IMG/VR virus record: IMGVR_UViG_3300042351_000809
DNA from: a virus
Reading direction: 5' to 3' (one strand)
DNA length: 64,000 nucleotides
The notes beneath the pieces were generated by a model, which did not search any database, was not told the origin of the DNA, and saw nothing but the letters and a program-made list of their open reading frames with translations. Each line of letters begins with the position of its first letter. Position 1 is the stretch's first letter. The position numbers and the translations under genes are program-made. This document shows positions 48,051 to 58,315 of this stretch, piece after piece.

Positions 48051-48257
48051 TCAACCACGAAAAGAGAAAATTTTTCCGCCAAGTATTTTGCTTTTCTTGA
48101 AGGCTTTGTAATCATTATCATCCTCCAAATCAAACCCATAGATGTACTCGTTATCTTCTTTGATGGCATTAATTGTTCGCCACTTAGTAATATTTTTATT
48201 CGAATAAACAAACTCAAGTGTATTATTTACTCTGTCATTGGTATTATTTGGCTTCAT
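48051..48257 (-). CDS. Hypothetical protein (WYL/Sm-like pattern)
   Basis: F.Y......WRT.....YIYGFD....YKAFK.SKI pattern. Confidence 0.5.
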   Translation of the reverse strand: MKPNNTNDRVNNTLEFVYSNKNITKWRTINAIKEDNEYIYGFDLEDDNDYKAFKKSKILGGKIFSFRG

Positions 48258-48266
48258 TTGATTTAA

Positions 48267-48560
48267 TTATTTAGTCTAAGATCTGGTAAAATTGTCTATG
48301 ATTAAGTTATTTAGTCTCAAATCGGGCAAAATTGTTTATTATTTCCTAGGGGTTTATATAACCTTATGAGTTATTATTTACTTTTCCCTAGGGTAAAATA
48401 CAATTTAATTCACCAAAACCTACCCCAAATAATAATCATTATTTCGAAAAGTGCCATTTTGCTGGGGTTTTTGCATATTTTTGAATTTGATAGGGAGTTT
48501 TGTTTACTTTTCCCTAGGGGTTTATATAAAAATGAACTTTTGCCTAGGGGTAAATATAAA
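48267..48560. repeat. AT-rich repeat region, candidate replication origin
   Basis: Two ~40-bp tandem units plus four CCTAGGG motifs. Confidence 0.55.
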
Positions 48561-49012
48561 TTTATTGTTATTTAGCAGGGATTAGAATGAAATTTAATGA
48601 TTATTGCGCGAAGAATCTGACAAAATTGCCATTTAAGTGCGTTTTTTTGTGATTTTTGGGGTACTTTGCATTGCAAGGTAGTGAATTAGTAATTATATTT
48701 TGGGCAAACCCATCATTATCCCCCCCATATCATACAATCCTATCTATTCTTATATACTATTCTACTATATATTACCTATCTTATCTTTATCTATCCTTAG
48801 TATTCTTATAAAGTCAATAAAAAAGACAAAAACCCCAGTAAAACCAGAGTTTTTGCCTTGTTTTCAGAGAGTAAATCTGCCTAGTTTTGCTACTGTTTTC
48901 TCATAGAAAATACAGTAAATACCATGACCATTTTTTTCTATCCTATTAGATACTTTTTGTCTCTTATTTCTATCTATACTATACTATTTCACCCTTATCT
49001 TAACAAAGGCGT

Positions 49013-49216
49013 TTAATCCTTTAAAACTATATTAAATAAATCTCCCCCGCGAGCTTTATTATATACCACTTGAAGAGCTTCAGAAGGGGTACAAGTGTCA
49101 CAAACTACCTGAGACTTATTAAATTTATCATTAACAAAGTCCCAACCTTTCATCCACGCTTCTTTAGTGTCTTTGAATGTTTCTTTCTTATTGCAACCGC
49201 AGCACTCAATAATCAT
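49013..49216 (-). CDS. Small Cys-containing hypothetical protein
   Basis: 67-aa ORF, last of operon. Confidence 0.55.
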   Translation of the reverse strand: MIIECCGCNKKETFKDTKEAWMKGWDFVNDKFNKSQVVCDTCTPSEALQVVYNKARGGDLFNIVLKD

Positions 49217-49218
49217 AG

Positions 49219-49431
49219 TTAATGTGTTTTAAGTTCTTTATTTATTTTAGGAGATTTTGTTGGTGTCCAGTCTATTCTAGCTTTACCATCTGATTTAAAA
49301 TTGCCGCATCTTGGGCAAGTGGTATATTTACTATTAACTATTTCGTTACAAGATTGGCAATTATAATTAGTATTTAAATTAGCATCTTTGATTCTAACTT
49401 GAAGATTAGCATTTTTAGTTTTGTTAGGCAT
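49219..49431 (-). CDS. Zinc-ribbon protein
   Basis: CQSC...CPRCG; start uncertain (overlap). Confidence 0.5.
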   Translation of the reverse strand: MPNKTKNANLQVRIKDANLNTNYNCQSCNEIVNSKYTTCPRCGNFKSDGKARIDWTPTKSPKINKELKTH

Positions 49432-49961
49432 TTAGTAGAACCTCTTACTACTGCTTTTATTATAGTATTATAGGGTTTATAAATGTATTTGTAACGCCAA
49501 GTTTGAATAAATTCATGTCTTAGTTTTAGCTTCATCTTGAAAGCTTCATCTTTTTCTTTGCGTTCGCTATTTGGTCTAGCTTCGAAAGTAGTTAGCTTAA
49601 CGTCTGTTATTTTACCTTCAATAAATACAGCGTTATATACAATCCAATAATCATAATCAGTCTTATTGGAACTAAGATAATCATAAAATTGAATAGTACA
49701 GGTTCTATTTACAGTTTCAAGCCAAGTCTTTTTAGTTTTAAGATAGCCTGATTTCTCCAAAAAGCTTTTGCCGTTTGGATCTCCTCCTACCCATTCTGTT
49801 TCTCGACGCTCAATGGATAGTTGACCATCTTTATCGATAATGTAAATATCTAAACTGTTCTCAAAGTCTTTGGTTTGAAAGCCGTATGAGCCAGTGTATC
49901 CTTTGGGGTCTTCTGGCATTGGCAGTGGATATTCGCATTCTATGCTATCATACATACCCAT
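49374..49961 (-). CDS. Phage hypothetical protein (MGMYD...FQTKD)
   Basis: 195-aa ORF. Confidence 0.7.
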   Translation of the reverse strand: MGMYDSIECEYPLPMPEDPKGYTGSYGFQTKDFENSLDIYIIDKDGQLSIERRETEWVGGDPNGKSFLEKSGYLKTKKTWLETVNRTCTIQFYDYLSSNKTDYDYWIVYNAVFIEGKITDVKLTTFEARPNSERKEKDEAFKMKLKLRHEFIQTWRYKYIYKPYNTIIKAVVRGSTKCLTKLKMLIFKLESKMLI

Positions 49962-49962
49962 G

Positions 49963-50190
49963 TTAGTTCCCTCCTTTATCAGCTTTATAATTCATAATAT
50001 CCTTAAAGAATCTGCGAAACGCAAGATAATCTTGATAATCTGCATCATTCATATCTTTAGCATCTACGCGATCCAAATAATCATGAATAATATCTGAATA
50101 ATAAGATGGAATAATGATATTCTTGCCATCAAACTTCAAATCATCCGATACAACAGGATATTTATCTTTAAGATATAATTCTTTTTCCAT
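49963..50190 (-). CDS. Hypothetical protein
   Basis: Operon packing. Confidence 0.6.
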   Translation of the reverse strand: MEKELYLKDKYPVVSDDLKFDGKNIIIPSYYSDIIHDYLDRVDAKDMNDADYQDYLAFRRFFKDIMNYKADKGGN

Positions 50191-50387
50191 TATAGTTTCT
50201 CTTTGAGAGTGGACTCAGCAGACATTTTTAAATCATTACCATCAAGATTAGAAAACTTATGACGAGTCCCCTTTGCAGGAAGCTCGTCAGTAGTTCCAAA
50301 TCTATTAACAAATAGCTCCGCCACTTTGTGCAGCGGGTTTCTATCTTTAATCAGTTGCTTAACATACATTGCCTGTTGGTAAGTCAT
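50190..50387 (-). CDS. Hypothetical protein
   Basis: TTTACA-17-TATAAT-5-ATG promoter at 50393-50421. Confidence 0.65.
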   Translation of the reverse strand: MTYQQAMYVKQLIKDRNPLHKVAELFVNRFGTTDELPAKGTRHKFSNLDGNDLKMSAESTLKEKL

Positions 50388-50422
50388 AAAAAATTATAAC
50401 CTCCAACGGGCGGAATGTAAAT

Positions 50423-50608
50423 TTATTCTCCCTTTTTAAAGCTGTCTTTGACGCTCAGGAGAAGGTTATGAATAGTATTTAGAGACTCTACTCTATCCTT
50501 GTAAAGTTTTTCAGTTTTATATTTCTCGTCTTCAATTCTTTTAATGAGATCATTTATTTTGTGCATTGTTAGCACTGGCTTGCCTCTTTCAAACTCTGAG
50601 ATGTTCAT
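50423..50608 (-). CDS. Hypothetical protein
   Basis: Operon packing. Confidence 0.55.
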   Translation of the reverse strand: MNISEFERGKPVLTMHKINDLIKRIEDEKYKTEKLYKDRVESLNTIHNLLLSVKDSFKKGE

Positions 50609-50611
50609 ATA

Positions 50612-50941
50612 CTATTGTAATTTTAAGACATACAAACCTCCAGAAAAAGATGCTCTCCAAAAAACACTCCAGAAAGGAGTCTTTTCCATAGCATTAATCA
50701 CTTGTTCATTGCCGCTCCAGCCGCCAGTAGCAATTTCTAACGCTTTGAATTCTTTGTCTTTGAAAGCCGAGAGTTTATTATAATCATTAATAATCTCCCA
50801 TCTTCCATAATGTTTATTAAAAGCAGTCTCAGCAAAGGCCAAGAATGATTCAGGCTCCCAGTTATTATTTCTATACCAATAACTGATTAAAGCCAGCGTT
50901 TCATCTGTTGGATAACCGTCTGAATCGAATGTCGCTTTCAT
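50612..50941 (-). CDS. Phage hypothetical protein (DGYPT...TGGWSGNE)
   Basis: 109-aa ORF. Confidence 0.7.
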   Translation of the reverse strand: MKATFDSDGYPTDETLALISYWYRNNNWEPESFLAFAETAFNKHYGRWEIINDYNKLSAFKDKEFKALEIATGGWSGNEQVINAMEKTPFWSVFWRASFSGGLYVLKLQ

Positions 50942-51129
50942 TTTTTATCAGGACTCCTAAACCACACACAAAATTGCACCAATGTGCGTATCCCCCAAGC
51001 TTGGAGGAGACCAATTTTTTTAGCCATTATTAATTCTGGCATTAGCCAATTCCATAAATAGTAAATACATATTATAGAAATAACATTAACTAATATTTCT
51101 ATCAGTATAGCCCTTAATATTATTTTCAT
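50938..51129 (-). CDS. Small membrane protein
   Basis: Hydrophobic; LWNWLMP motif. Confidence 0.6.
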   Translation of the reverse strand: MKIILRAILIEILVNVISIICIYYLWNWLMPELIMAKKIGLLQAWGIRTLVQFCVWFRSPDKK

Positions 51130-51701
51130 AGGCTATCGTATAAATCTTTTATCCACTTGTTGCGCTGCTTGATATTATTAAGATCTTTGGCTTCATATTC
51201 TTTATGATATTCAATAGATCTATTGTGTTCCGCAAGCTTCTTTTTTACATAATCTTTGTAAGTCATGGCATAAAGAGAAGCCAATTCGCTTTCATAAAAA
51301 CTAACTCCACAATCAAAACTGCTTGAATCAGTCAACTGTTCAATCATAAAAGCTTTTAGTCTCTCATGTTCTTTAGTGGGCGGTTGCCAATTCTTGGCTT
51401 TTTCAAGAATATCGGAGTAACGCTTTTTTAGTTCGTTTTTTTCTTTGATGCTTTTTTCGTAATCAGCTATCGTTTCCTTAATGTAAGAATCAAATTGAGC
51501 TTTAGTAGGCTTTTCAAATTTCTTTAGCTCCTTTAGCTTCTCTGTATGATAAGACTCTTCTGGCATGATCTTTGGCTTTACGTCAGCAGGATCATCGCGT
51601 TGCATTACACAAGCACCGAACGCTCTAGCACAACCTAGAGCGAAGTCCTTGAATGTTACTTCTTTACCATAATATATATTTTCTGTGTATCCAGAGGGCA
51701 T
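51126..51701 (-). CDS. Phage hypothetical protein (MPSGYT...CARAFGA)
   Basis: 191-aa ORF. Confidence 0.7.
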   Translation of the reverse strand: MPSGYTENIYYGKEVTFKDFALGCARAFGACVMQRDDPADVKPKIMPEESYHTEKLKELKKFEKPTKAQFDSYIKETIADYEKSIKEKNELKKRYSDILEKAKNWQPPTKEHERLKAFMIEQLTDSSSFDCGVSFYESELASLYAMTYKDYVKKKLAEHNRSIEYHKEYEAKDLNNIKQRNKWIKDLYDSL

Positions 51702-51703
51702 AA

Positions 51704-52174
51704 TTATTCTTTATTTAGGTTTAGTTCGCGGAGTTCTTTATCGTCTACAAAAACAAAATCGTCCTTAATCTTTAAAGATTCGTGATGGGTTTTTTGCCAG
51801 CCTTTAACATTATAGCCAACATTTTCAGTCTTACCAGTAGTTTCACAAATATATCCGCTAAGATATTCAACAAATGATATCACTGCGGCAATATGTTCAT
51901 CACCGCCGCTATAATAAAATCTAAGAGTTCTAAATTTTTCTTTTACTTGAAAAGCTTTAACTTGAGGTATCTCTTTATATTCTTCAGGATATTTATTAAC
52001 CCAAGAATTATTGCTATTGATATAATTTTGAATATATTGACTAAGGCGCACTAGTATATTAAACCAGCCATCGTCGCATTCAAAACCAAATAAAGTATAC
52101 GGATGATTTTCCCCGCAATTTGTGTAGATTTCAGGAAAAGTTTTCTGCAAATACTCTTCTCTTTCTTTTGTCAT
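51704..52174 (-). CDS. Phage hypothetical protein (GFEC.DGW...QVKEKF..LRFY)
   Basis: 156-aa ORF. Confidence 0.7.
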   Translation of the reverse strand: MTKEREEYLQKTFPEIYTNCGENHPYTLFGFECDDGWFNILVRLSQYIQNYINSNNSWVNKYPEEYKEIPQVKAFQVKEKFRTLRFYYSGGDEHIAAVISFVEYLSGYICETTGKTENVGYNVKGWQKTHHESLKIKDDFVFVDDKELRELNLNKE

Positions 52175-52176
52175 AA

Positions 52177-52584
52177 TTAGAATTTAATTTTCTTAGACTT
52201 TCTGCTGCAATTCCATGAGTCAGGGGCAAAATAAACTACTGCTTGATATTTCAGATTATGAAAACAAACATAATCCATTTTCTTATTAAAATCATCGTAA
52301 TCCAACTTAACTGAAATACGAGGATTCATTTGGCAATCGTCAATTTTATATGGGTAATCTCTGAATTCTAGCTGTACGCCCACAATTTTATCGTTGCTGT
52401 AAGTAACGCAGCCTTGCGAAGCGTATTTGAGTTTATAACTATCTGTTTTACTATTCCAATCAACGACAACAGCAACAAAGCCATTCTCCATTTCGTAAGC
52501 GTCAATAATCTTTGCGCCGAAACCAATTTTGTCGAGATGATCCAACTCCTGATCAATAAAGCTGAACTCAAGATATGCTCTCAT
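52177..52584 (-). CDS. Hypothetical protein
   Basis: TTGACT-16-CATACT-6-ATG promoter at 52591-52618. Confidence 0.65.
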   Translation of the reverse strand: MRAYLEFSFIDQELDHLDKIGFGAKIIDAYEMENGFVAVVVDWNSKTDSYKLKYASQGCVTYSNDKIVGVQLEFRDYPYKIDDCQMNPRISVKLDYDDFNKKMDYVCFHNLKYQAVVYFAPDSWNCSRKSKKIKF

Positions 52585-52614
52585 GTGGGCAGTATGAACT
52601 ATGTGCGGCAGAAG

Positions 52615-52986
52615 TCAAGACTTTTTTTGCACGGCGAAGTCTTCAATGTCAACTTCAACGTATTGTATAATACCAAGCTTTTCAAGTTCGTCTCTTAATT
52701 CTTTTATAATTCTAGAATCTACATAAGCATGGTGGTGAGTATGAGTCAGTGCGTTTTTTTTGAGAATATATTGATTGATAGCTGCCCCAATAGGCCGCTC
52801 ATGAAGATGATTCAAAAGAGCAGCTTTAGCAAATCCTTTATTGCGCCAAACTGTTTTTTTGCTGGCTGTAGTAATAAATTCGCCATTAAATTTAATTCGA
52901 CATGGACGAGTTCTTACGGTTTTAGGGAACTTTGCTTTTTCAAAAGTAGCATCAATTGCAGCAATGACTTCAGGAGGTATATTCAT
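52615..52986 (-). CDS. Hypothetical protein
   Basis: 123-aa ORF. Confidence 0.65.
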   Translation of the reverse strand: MNIPPEVIAAIDATFEKAKFPKTVRTRPCRIKFNGEFITTASKKTVWRNKGFAKAALLNHLHERPIGAAINQYILKKNALTHTHHHAYVDSRIIKELRDELEKLGIIQYVEVDIEDFAVQKKS

Positions 52987-52987
52987 A

Positions 52988-53419
52988 TTACTTCTTGGTT
53001 ACATATTCAAGAATATAAACTCGGGGAGCGAGTTTGATTTGAATGATTGTTTCAATATTGGGTTTTATATGCAAAAAAGTAACAAGACAAAACATGACCA
53101 CAGAAAACATAAAACCAAGAGCCACTGGAACAATTTCTTCAGGATAATCAATCTCTGTATTTTTAATTTTTTTTAAGAGAAAGCGAGCAACACAAAAAAG
53201 AACAATCGCTGCAATAGTATACAATATAACATTAAATATTGCCTCGCCCATCTTCCAAGATAGAAACTCTTGGACAACAATTGGGGCTTGCTCCATAGCA
53301 AAGTCAACAGCTTTTGCCAAGCCAACTTTACTTGTTGCGTACATTTCAGATCCAGCATCCTTGACTCCTTTAAGGACATCAATAAGAATACTATTTACGG
53401 TTTCTTGTGTGTTTGTCAT
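52988..53419 (-). CDS. Membrane protein (2 TM)
   Basis: Two hydrophobic segments. Confidence 0.65.
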   Translation of the reverse strand: MTNTQETVNSILIDVLKGVKDAGSEMYATSKVGLAKAVDFAMEQAPIVVQEFLSWKMGEAIFNVILYTIAAIVLFCVARFLLKKIKNTEIDYPEEIVPVALGFMFSVVMFCLVTFLHIKPNIETIIQIKLAPRVYILEYVTKK

Positions 53420-53548
53420 TTTTAAGCTTTTTCTTTGCGATTTCGGATAATGGAAGAGTCTTTTCTAACTGTCGGAGAGCAGTATGATCGTCTTTCAGGG
53501 CGTTGTCAAGGCGATCTTGCAAGGTGGCGAGCTTATTTTTTTCGCTAT

Positions 53549-53770
53549 TCATGTAATCAAACCGGGATAAGCGTTGGGATGGGTATCTGAATGAATATGA
53601 ATAATACCGTCCCAATCGCCAGAATTAATCCCCGGCAGTAGAAAATGTGAATTCATGTCAGCCACTTCATCAAATATTTCACACATATATTCTTTTTCTG
53701 AATAATAAGAACCATCGGTATAATATTTGCCGCTTCTTTTGAAGTAAGTTAATTTAATTTCGTGTTTCAT
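53549..53770 (-). CDS. Hypothetical protein (YFK.SGKYY)
   Basis: 73-aa ORF. Confidence 0.6.
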   Translation of the reverse strand: MKHEIKLTYFKRSGKYYTDGSYYSEKEYMCEIFDEVADMNSHFLLPGINSGDWDGIIHIHSDTHPNAYPGLIT

Positions 53771-53792
53771 TTTGAATTAATCTTTTGCCATA

Positions 53793-54050
53793 TTATTTAT
53801 CTGATTCGCAAACTTCATCAATTAAAGAACTTTCAATTAGCCACTTCTCATGTTCAGAAAGATTTTGCCAACATTCTTTGTGAGATCTAAAGAAATAAGA
53901 TTTACCATTTCTTTCATCTGGCATCAAGCTAATAGTTTTAACAGGCTTGTCAAGCTGCTTTGCACAAACAGGGCAGAATCCTTCCATACCGGGATCATAA
54001 CTGGGAGATTCTTCTTGCCCTTCAAACCATCCGAATACTTTTTTATTCAT
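53793..54050 (-). CDS. Hypothetical protein
   Basis: Start moved to MNKKVFG to avoid overlap. Confidence 0.55.
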   Translation of the reverse strand: MNKKVFGWFEGQEESPSYDPGMEGFCPVCAKQLDKPVKTISLMPDERNGKSYFFRSHKECWQNLSEHEKWLIESSLIDEVCESDK

Positions 54051-54054
54051 GTTA

Positions 54055-54255
54055 TTATGAAACTTTTTGTAATTTATAATCAGGTATTTGTCCAGCCATC
54101 CAAAAAAAGTCTTCCTCAAAAGAATAATAAAAAGTCTGCTCAGTGACAGGATTGTATGCTTCAATTACAATTCTATCATTAATTTCGCGCTGCTTGCCAC
54201 GAAACTCATATTGAGGATATTTCTTTTTTATTTCTTCAGGAACGTGGATGTTCAT
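54055..54255 (-). CDS. Hypothetical protein
   Basis: Operon packing. Confidence 0.55.
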   Translation of the reverse strand: MNIHVPEEIKKKYPQYEFRGKQREINDRIVIEAYNPVTEQTFYYSFEEDFFWMAGQIPDYKLQKVS

Positions 54256-54601
54256 TTGTCTTTTTGTAATTATATACTATTCTGGCGTTTACAAAATCGC
54301 TTTTCTTTAATAGCATTGACTCGCCGACGCAAATGAAATCGCTAGATTTGTCATCTAGTTTTTCATGAAGATCTTTTATAATTGCAGAAAATGTTTTGAC
54401 TTGTTTTTCTTTACCTTCATTGAACATTTGTTCATTTTCACAAGTTACTACATAATTACTAGTATAAATATACAATTGTTTACCTAATAGATATTCTACT
54501 TCTAGTGATATTTTTACATAGTGCTGCTCAGGAAGCAGTGTTTCAATCTTTGGTGTTTCGGGTTCTGAAGATTTTTTCTTGAATATGTTTAGTATGTTCA
54601 T
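54236..54601 (-). CDS. Hypothetical protein
   Basis: Start moved to MNILNIF. Confidence 0.55.
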   Translation of the reverse strand: MNILNIFKKKSSEPETPKIETLLPEQHYVKISLEVEYLLGKQLYIYTSNYVVTCENEQMFNEGKEKQVKTFSAIIKDLHEKLDDKSSDFICVGESMLLKKSDFVNARIVYNYKKTNEHPRS

Positions 54602-54614
54602 TAGCTTAAAGAAA

Positions 54615-55061
54615 TTAATAGACATAATCTGTATGATTGCACTTGTTACACTGCACACCTCGTTTAGGAGGATATGTCGCCAACATAGCATTAGGATTAG
54701 AATAAAACATTTCTTCTCCACACTTTGGACAAGCAAAGCCAGAGTTGAGATTATTGACTGCGGCAAAATTAATATATGCTTGTTTATTATGTTCCTCCAA
54801 AGATTTTAAATTCTTTTTTGGAATTTCTGTTTGCTTTTTGACATATTCTTCAACTTTAAGTAATCTACTATTTAAGACTGAGATTCTGTTATGAGCGCAA
54901 TGTAGGGTTTCAATAAAACGATAACCTTCTCGTTCTTGTGTGATTGTGCGCGAACCTCCTTTATTATCAGAATAGTAAGATCCGCATCCAAAAAGAGAAT
55001 GATATTCACCTTTTACTTCATGTGCGCCACAATTTGGGCAGGTTTTGATATTTTTATTCAT
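54615..55061 (-). CDS. Double zinc-ribbon protein
   Basis: CPNCG, CPKCG, CNKC. Confidence 0.65.
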   Translation of the reverse strand: MNKNIKTCPNCGAHEVKGEYHSLFGCGSYYSDNKGGSRTITQEREGYRFIETLHCAHNRISVLNSRLLKVEEYVKKQTEIPKKNLKSLEEHNKQAYINFAAVNNLNSGFACPKCGEEMFYSNPNAMLATYPPKRGVQCNKCNHTDYVY

Positions 55062-55299
55062 ATTAGTTCAGTAATTCTGGACTCTCAAAGATGTTAATTT
55101 AAATATAATAGCTCCTTAATACAAGTCCAATTATTTTGTGATTGCCAATCTTCAGGCTTAGATTTGCGCTTTCTTTTACATGTAAAAATTAATTTATTAA
55201 ATATATAACAACGAATCGTTATGTAATAATTGTTACTTAAATCGTGATAACTAGATGAAAGTAGTTTGAACATATTAGTTTTATACTTTACCACACACT

Positions 55300-55674
55300 T
55301 TATAACAAGTCAAGTTTTTTCTGAAATGCGCTACCTTTATCTTTCCAGTAAATGTTTGGAATGCCCCGTTTATCTGCTACAAATTGAGACGCGCCATCCC
55401 ACTGTTTTTCTTTATACAATTCATACAATTTTGGCAATTCATTATAAGAAATAGATTCAGCGTCTGAACCGGGGACAAAGTAATCATTTATTAAAACACA
55501 CAGCCCCAAACACTCTTTTTGAGTGCATCTATCAATTGCTGATGTTGTAAACAATACTCCTTCATCCAATAGGTAAGCAGCCATACTTTCATAGTCTGGT
55601 TCCATCTTACCATAGATGTCATAATAATATGTACGATTATCAGTCATATTTGCTGTATTTGTTTGTAGTGGCAC
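55300..55674 (-). CDS. Hypothetical protein
   Basis: ORF track; true start may be MTDNR. Confidence 0.6.
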   Translation of the reverse strand: MPLQTNTANMTDNRTYYYDIYGKMEPDYESMAAYLLDEGVLFTTSAIDRCTQKECLGLCVLINDYFVPGSDAESISYNELPKLYELYKEKQWDGASQFVADKRGIPNIYWKDKGSAFQKKLDLL

Positions 55675-55826
55675 TTGAACAATAATTAATTTCGCCGCAC
55701 AATTTGCATATATTTATAGCACCTGTATGAACGCAAGTAGATCTCCACTCAGAAGATTCGATGCCAGTCTTTCTAATTCTTACTTGCACACGGATTTTAT
55801 GTTTACAAGTCTTTTTCATTTGCATA

Positions 55827-56201
55827 TTAACCCTGAATATGCCTTATACCATCTTCGAACTTTTTTTGTCTGGCTTCTGCCTCAGTAGTAGTAGTTGGTG
55901 GATCTAATGGTTTAGGCCAAGGAATATCTTTTTCATCATCCACAATAGTCATATCAAATTCATTAATACCGCACAATTCACCATCTATTCTTTCTTCACC
56001 AAGTTTATATCCAGATCCAATGAGCAATTCAGTGGGGAATTGACAAATACGAGTGCCTCTTACTAGAATACTTCTTGATTTAAGCCATTCATTATAAGCT
56101 TCAAGCGTAATTCGTTTGCCATATTCATCATAATCAAACGCTTCTGTTCCCGCCTTAAACCAAGTATCAGGCTTGGCAATCAATTTAACATATTTAGTCA
56201 T
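55827..56201 (-). CDS. Hypothetical protein
   Basis: 124-aa ORF. Confidence 0.65.
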   Translation of the reverse strand: MTKYVKLIAKPDTWFKAGTEAFDYDEYGKRITLEAYNEWLKSRSILVRGTRICQFPTELLIGSGYKLGEERIDGELCGINEFDMTIVDDEKDIPWPKPLDPPTTTTEAEARQKKFEDGIRHIQG

Positions 56202-56365
56202 ATTATTTTATAAATCAAAACTTCTGGAATAAGCATCCGCACCCTCATTATGTCCAATAATCCACCATTCTTCTTCATTTGAATCTTTTGGATATGGGCA
56301 GTCATGTTCATTATGAAAACCGGATAGGTATCCAGACTCATACGCTTCTTTTTGTTCTGGAGTCA

Positions 56366-56581
56366 TCATTGGGGTAACATTTTAATACGATTGTATTTTA
56401 TATCTACATTGATACTAAACACTAATAGCCCTAATGTCAAGCGTAAACAAGCGTAAGTATGTTTATCTATTGCTTCAATATCATAGATAATCTTTGGAAA
56501 TTGAAGTTTGATTCCTAAAAATAATCCGCCGCCATTTCTACAATGCCATTGCGGATATATACTTAAATATTTTGTATTCAT
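56366..56581 (-). CDS. Hypothetical protein
   Basis: Operon packing. Confidence 0.5.
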   Translation of the reverse strand: MNTKYLSIYPQWHCRNGGGLFLGIKLQFPKIIYDIEAIDKHTYACLRLTLGLLVFSINVDIKYNRIKMLPQ

Positions 56582-56603
56582 ATTCCTAATGTTAATGTAA
56601 TAG

Positions 56604-56888
56604 TCATTTTAATACTTTTCCCTCATTTATTTGATTAATAAAATCAATAGAAACAAATACAAGATGAACATAATTTAGTTTTTCGTCCAACAATACTCCT
56701 AGATGCATACCTTTATATGATCCTTCGTTATTATTAGGATGTAGATTCCACATATATTCTGCGTTTTTGAAATGCCTAATCTGTTGTTCTGTTAACTCAG
56801 ATACATCTTTGAATCTGCCAGCAATAATTTTAGGCTTATCACTCTTCAATAAAGCGTTTACTCTATCTATAATATTTGAGTCCGTCAT
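56604..56888 (-). CDS. Hypothetical protein
   Basis: 94-aa ORF. Confidence 0.6.
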   Translation of the reverse strand: MTDSNIIDRVNALLKSDKPKIIAGRFKDVSELTEQQIRHFKNAEYMWNLHPNNNEGSYKGMHLGVLLDEKLNYVHLVFVSIDFINQINEGKVLK

Positions 56889-57018
56889 ATATTAATTATT
56901 TTAATATTGAGCAGTGTCACTTACTTTTTTAATAAGCCTCATTCTTAGACATTTTGGCAAAATCAAATGTTTAAGTAACCACGCATAGAAGATATGTTTT
57001 TTTGTTTGTCGAATCACG

Positions 57019-57354
57019 CTATTCTTTCCATTTACCGATTGTTTTAAGAAACGCTTCAGCGCATTGGCGAGCGGTGGCAAAGAACGCATTTGTCATTGGA
57101 AAATCCTTGTGTTGGATCATAAGGTTTCGCACATAATCTGTCTGTTGATGAAAGTTCAGAGCCTCTTTAGCTTCGTGCATCGCGTTGAAGTCATTACAAT
57201 AATCAGGAACATATTGATCTACCGTATAAGATACAATCTCTCCATTAAAAAAACGAGGACGATCTCCAAGGATATGCTTGCCATCCAAATGGAAATCTAG
57301 CTCTTTCCAGCCAAGATGTTCGGCGATAGCTTTATTAATTTTTCGGTTAGTCAT
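57019..57354 (-). CDS. Phage ABA-sandwich-like protein
   Basis: IN.AIAE..GW...PDYCND.NA.HEA...ATARQ.AEAFL. Confidence 0.55.
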   Translation of the reverse strand: MTNRKINKAIAEHLGWKELDFHLDGKHILGDRPRFFNGEIVSYTVDQYVPDYCNDFNAMHEAKEALNFHQQTDYVRNLMIQHKDFPMTNAFFATARQCAEAFLKTIGKWKE

Positions 57355-57492
57355 TTTTATCAGCTAAAATTAAAATAATAACCATGCCCAAACCAAAAAC
57401 AACTGCTCCTTGAACAGTTTTTATACTATACCCCATGACTGAAGACATAATGCCCCAACATAGAGATAAAATGATGTTTCTTATATTGAATT

Positions 57493-58176
57493 TCATATTG
57501 AATCACTAGGCTTTCTTGGCTTGTGGATTCTCATAATTACGCCGCTGAAACTAGGTATTATCTCCCGCTTTTCACCCTTGGGTAATTTTGCAGTAATAGA
57601 ATCTGCATATTGCCACATCTTTTCAAAGTCTTTTAAATGATAATAGTCATTTATGATATCTGATTGTTTGTCGGTGAATTTATGGTCTATGTAATTGACA
57701 AAATTGACAACCTCTGGCAGCGGTTCATCACTCGCCTTCAGCGGACCATGAAAATCAACAGTGTTGCCATAATAGCCGCCGTTTCTCTTCACTGCAAGAA
57801 CTTCTTCAAAAGTTTTTCTGATCTCAAAAGCAATTTTGCCATCTCCAATTTGCGGCGAATTAAAACCATAACTGCAACCATTTTTTGCAAGCTCTGGCAA
57901 AGCCATGACTTTTACAATACTTTCAATAGCATGACTCTGATCATAGGTTAATTTATATTCATAAGCAATATCAAGTGCCATGCTAATCTGACCAGACTTT
58001 AACCTATAGTAAGCCTCAAGCGCAGTATTAATAACAGAAAGGTGAGTATCTGTTAGCTTGACAAGATTGACATCTTTTTCCAATTGAGGATTGGCGGCAA
58101 GAATTGATTCTTTGATTTCTTTTTCGGTCATTTTGTTGACCTTATCTATTACTTTTTTGTATATTTTTTTGCTCAT
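57493..58176 (-). CDS. Hypothetical protein
   Basis: 227-aa ORF. Confidence 0.7.
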   Translation of the reverse strand: MSKKIYKKVIDKVNKMTEKEIKESILAANPQLEKDVNLVKLTDTHLSVINTALEAYYRLKSGQISMALDIAYEYKLTYDQSHAIESIVKVMALPELAKNGCSYGFNSPQIGDGKIAFEIRKTFEEVLAVKRNGGYYGNTVDFHGPLKASDEPLPEVVNFVNYIDHKFTDKQSDIINDYYHLKDFEKMWQYADSITAKLPKGEKREIIPSFSGVIMRIHKPRKPSDSI

Positions 58177-58315
58177 AAATTAATCTTCATAAAACCAAAA
58201 GACAAAAACATAAACCCAATGCTTCCAATAATGTAAGCTGTAACATGAAGCTTCGTCAAGTCCCAAAGAAGCCCTGCCGAAAGCATTAATAAAAATCCAA
58301 TAATAATTCTTGATT

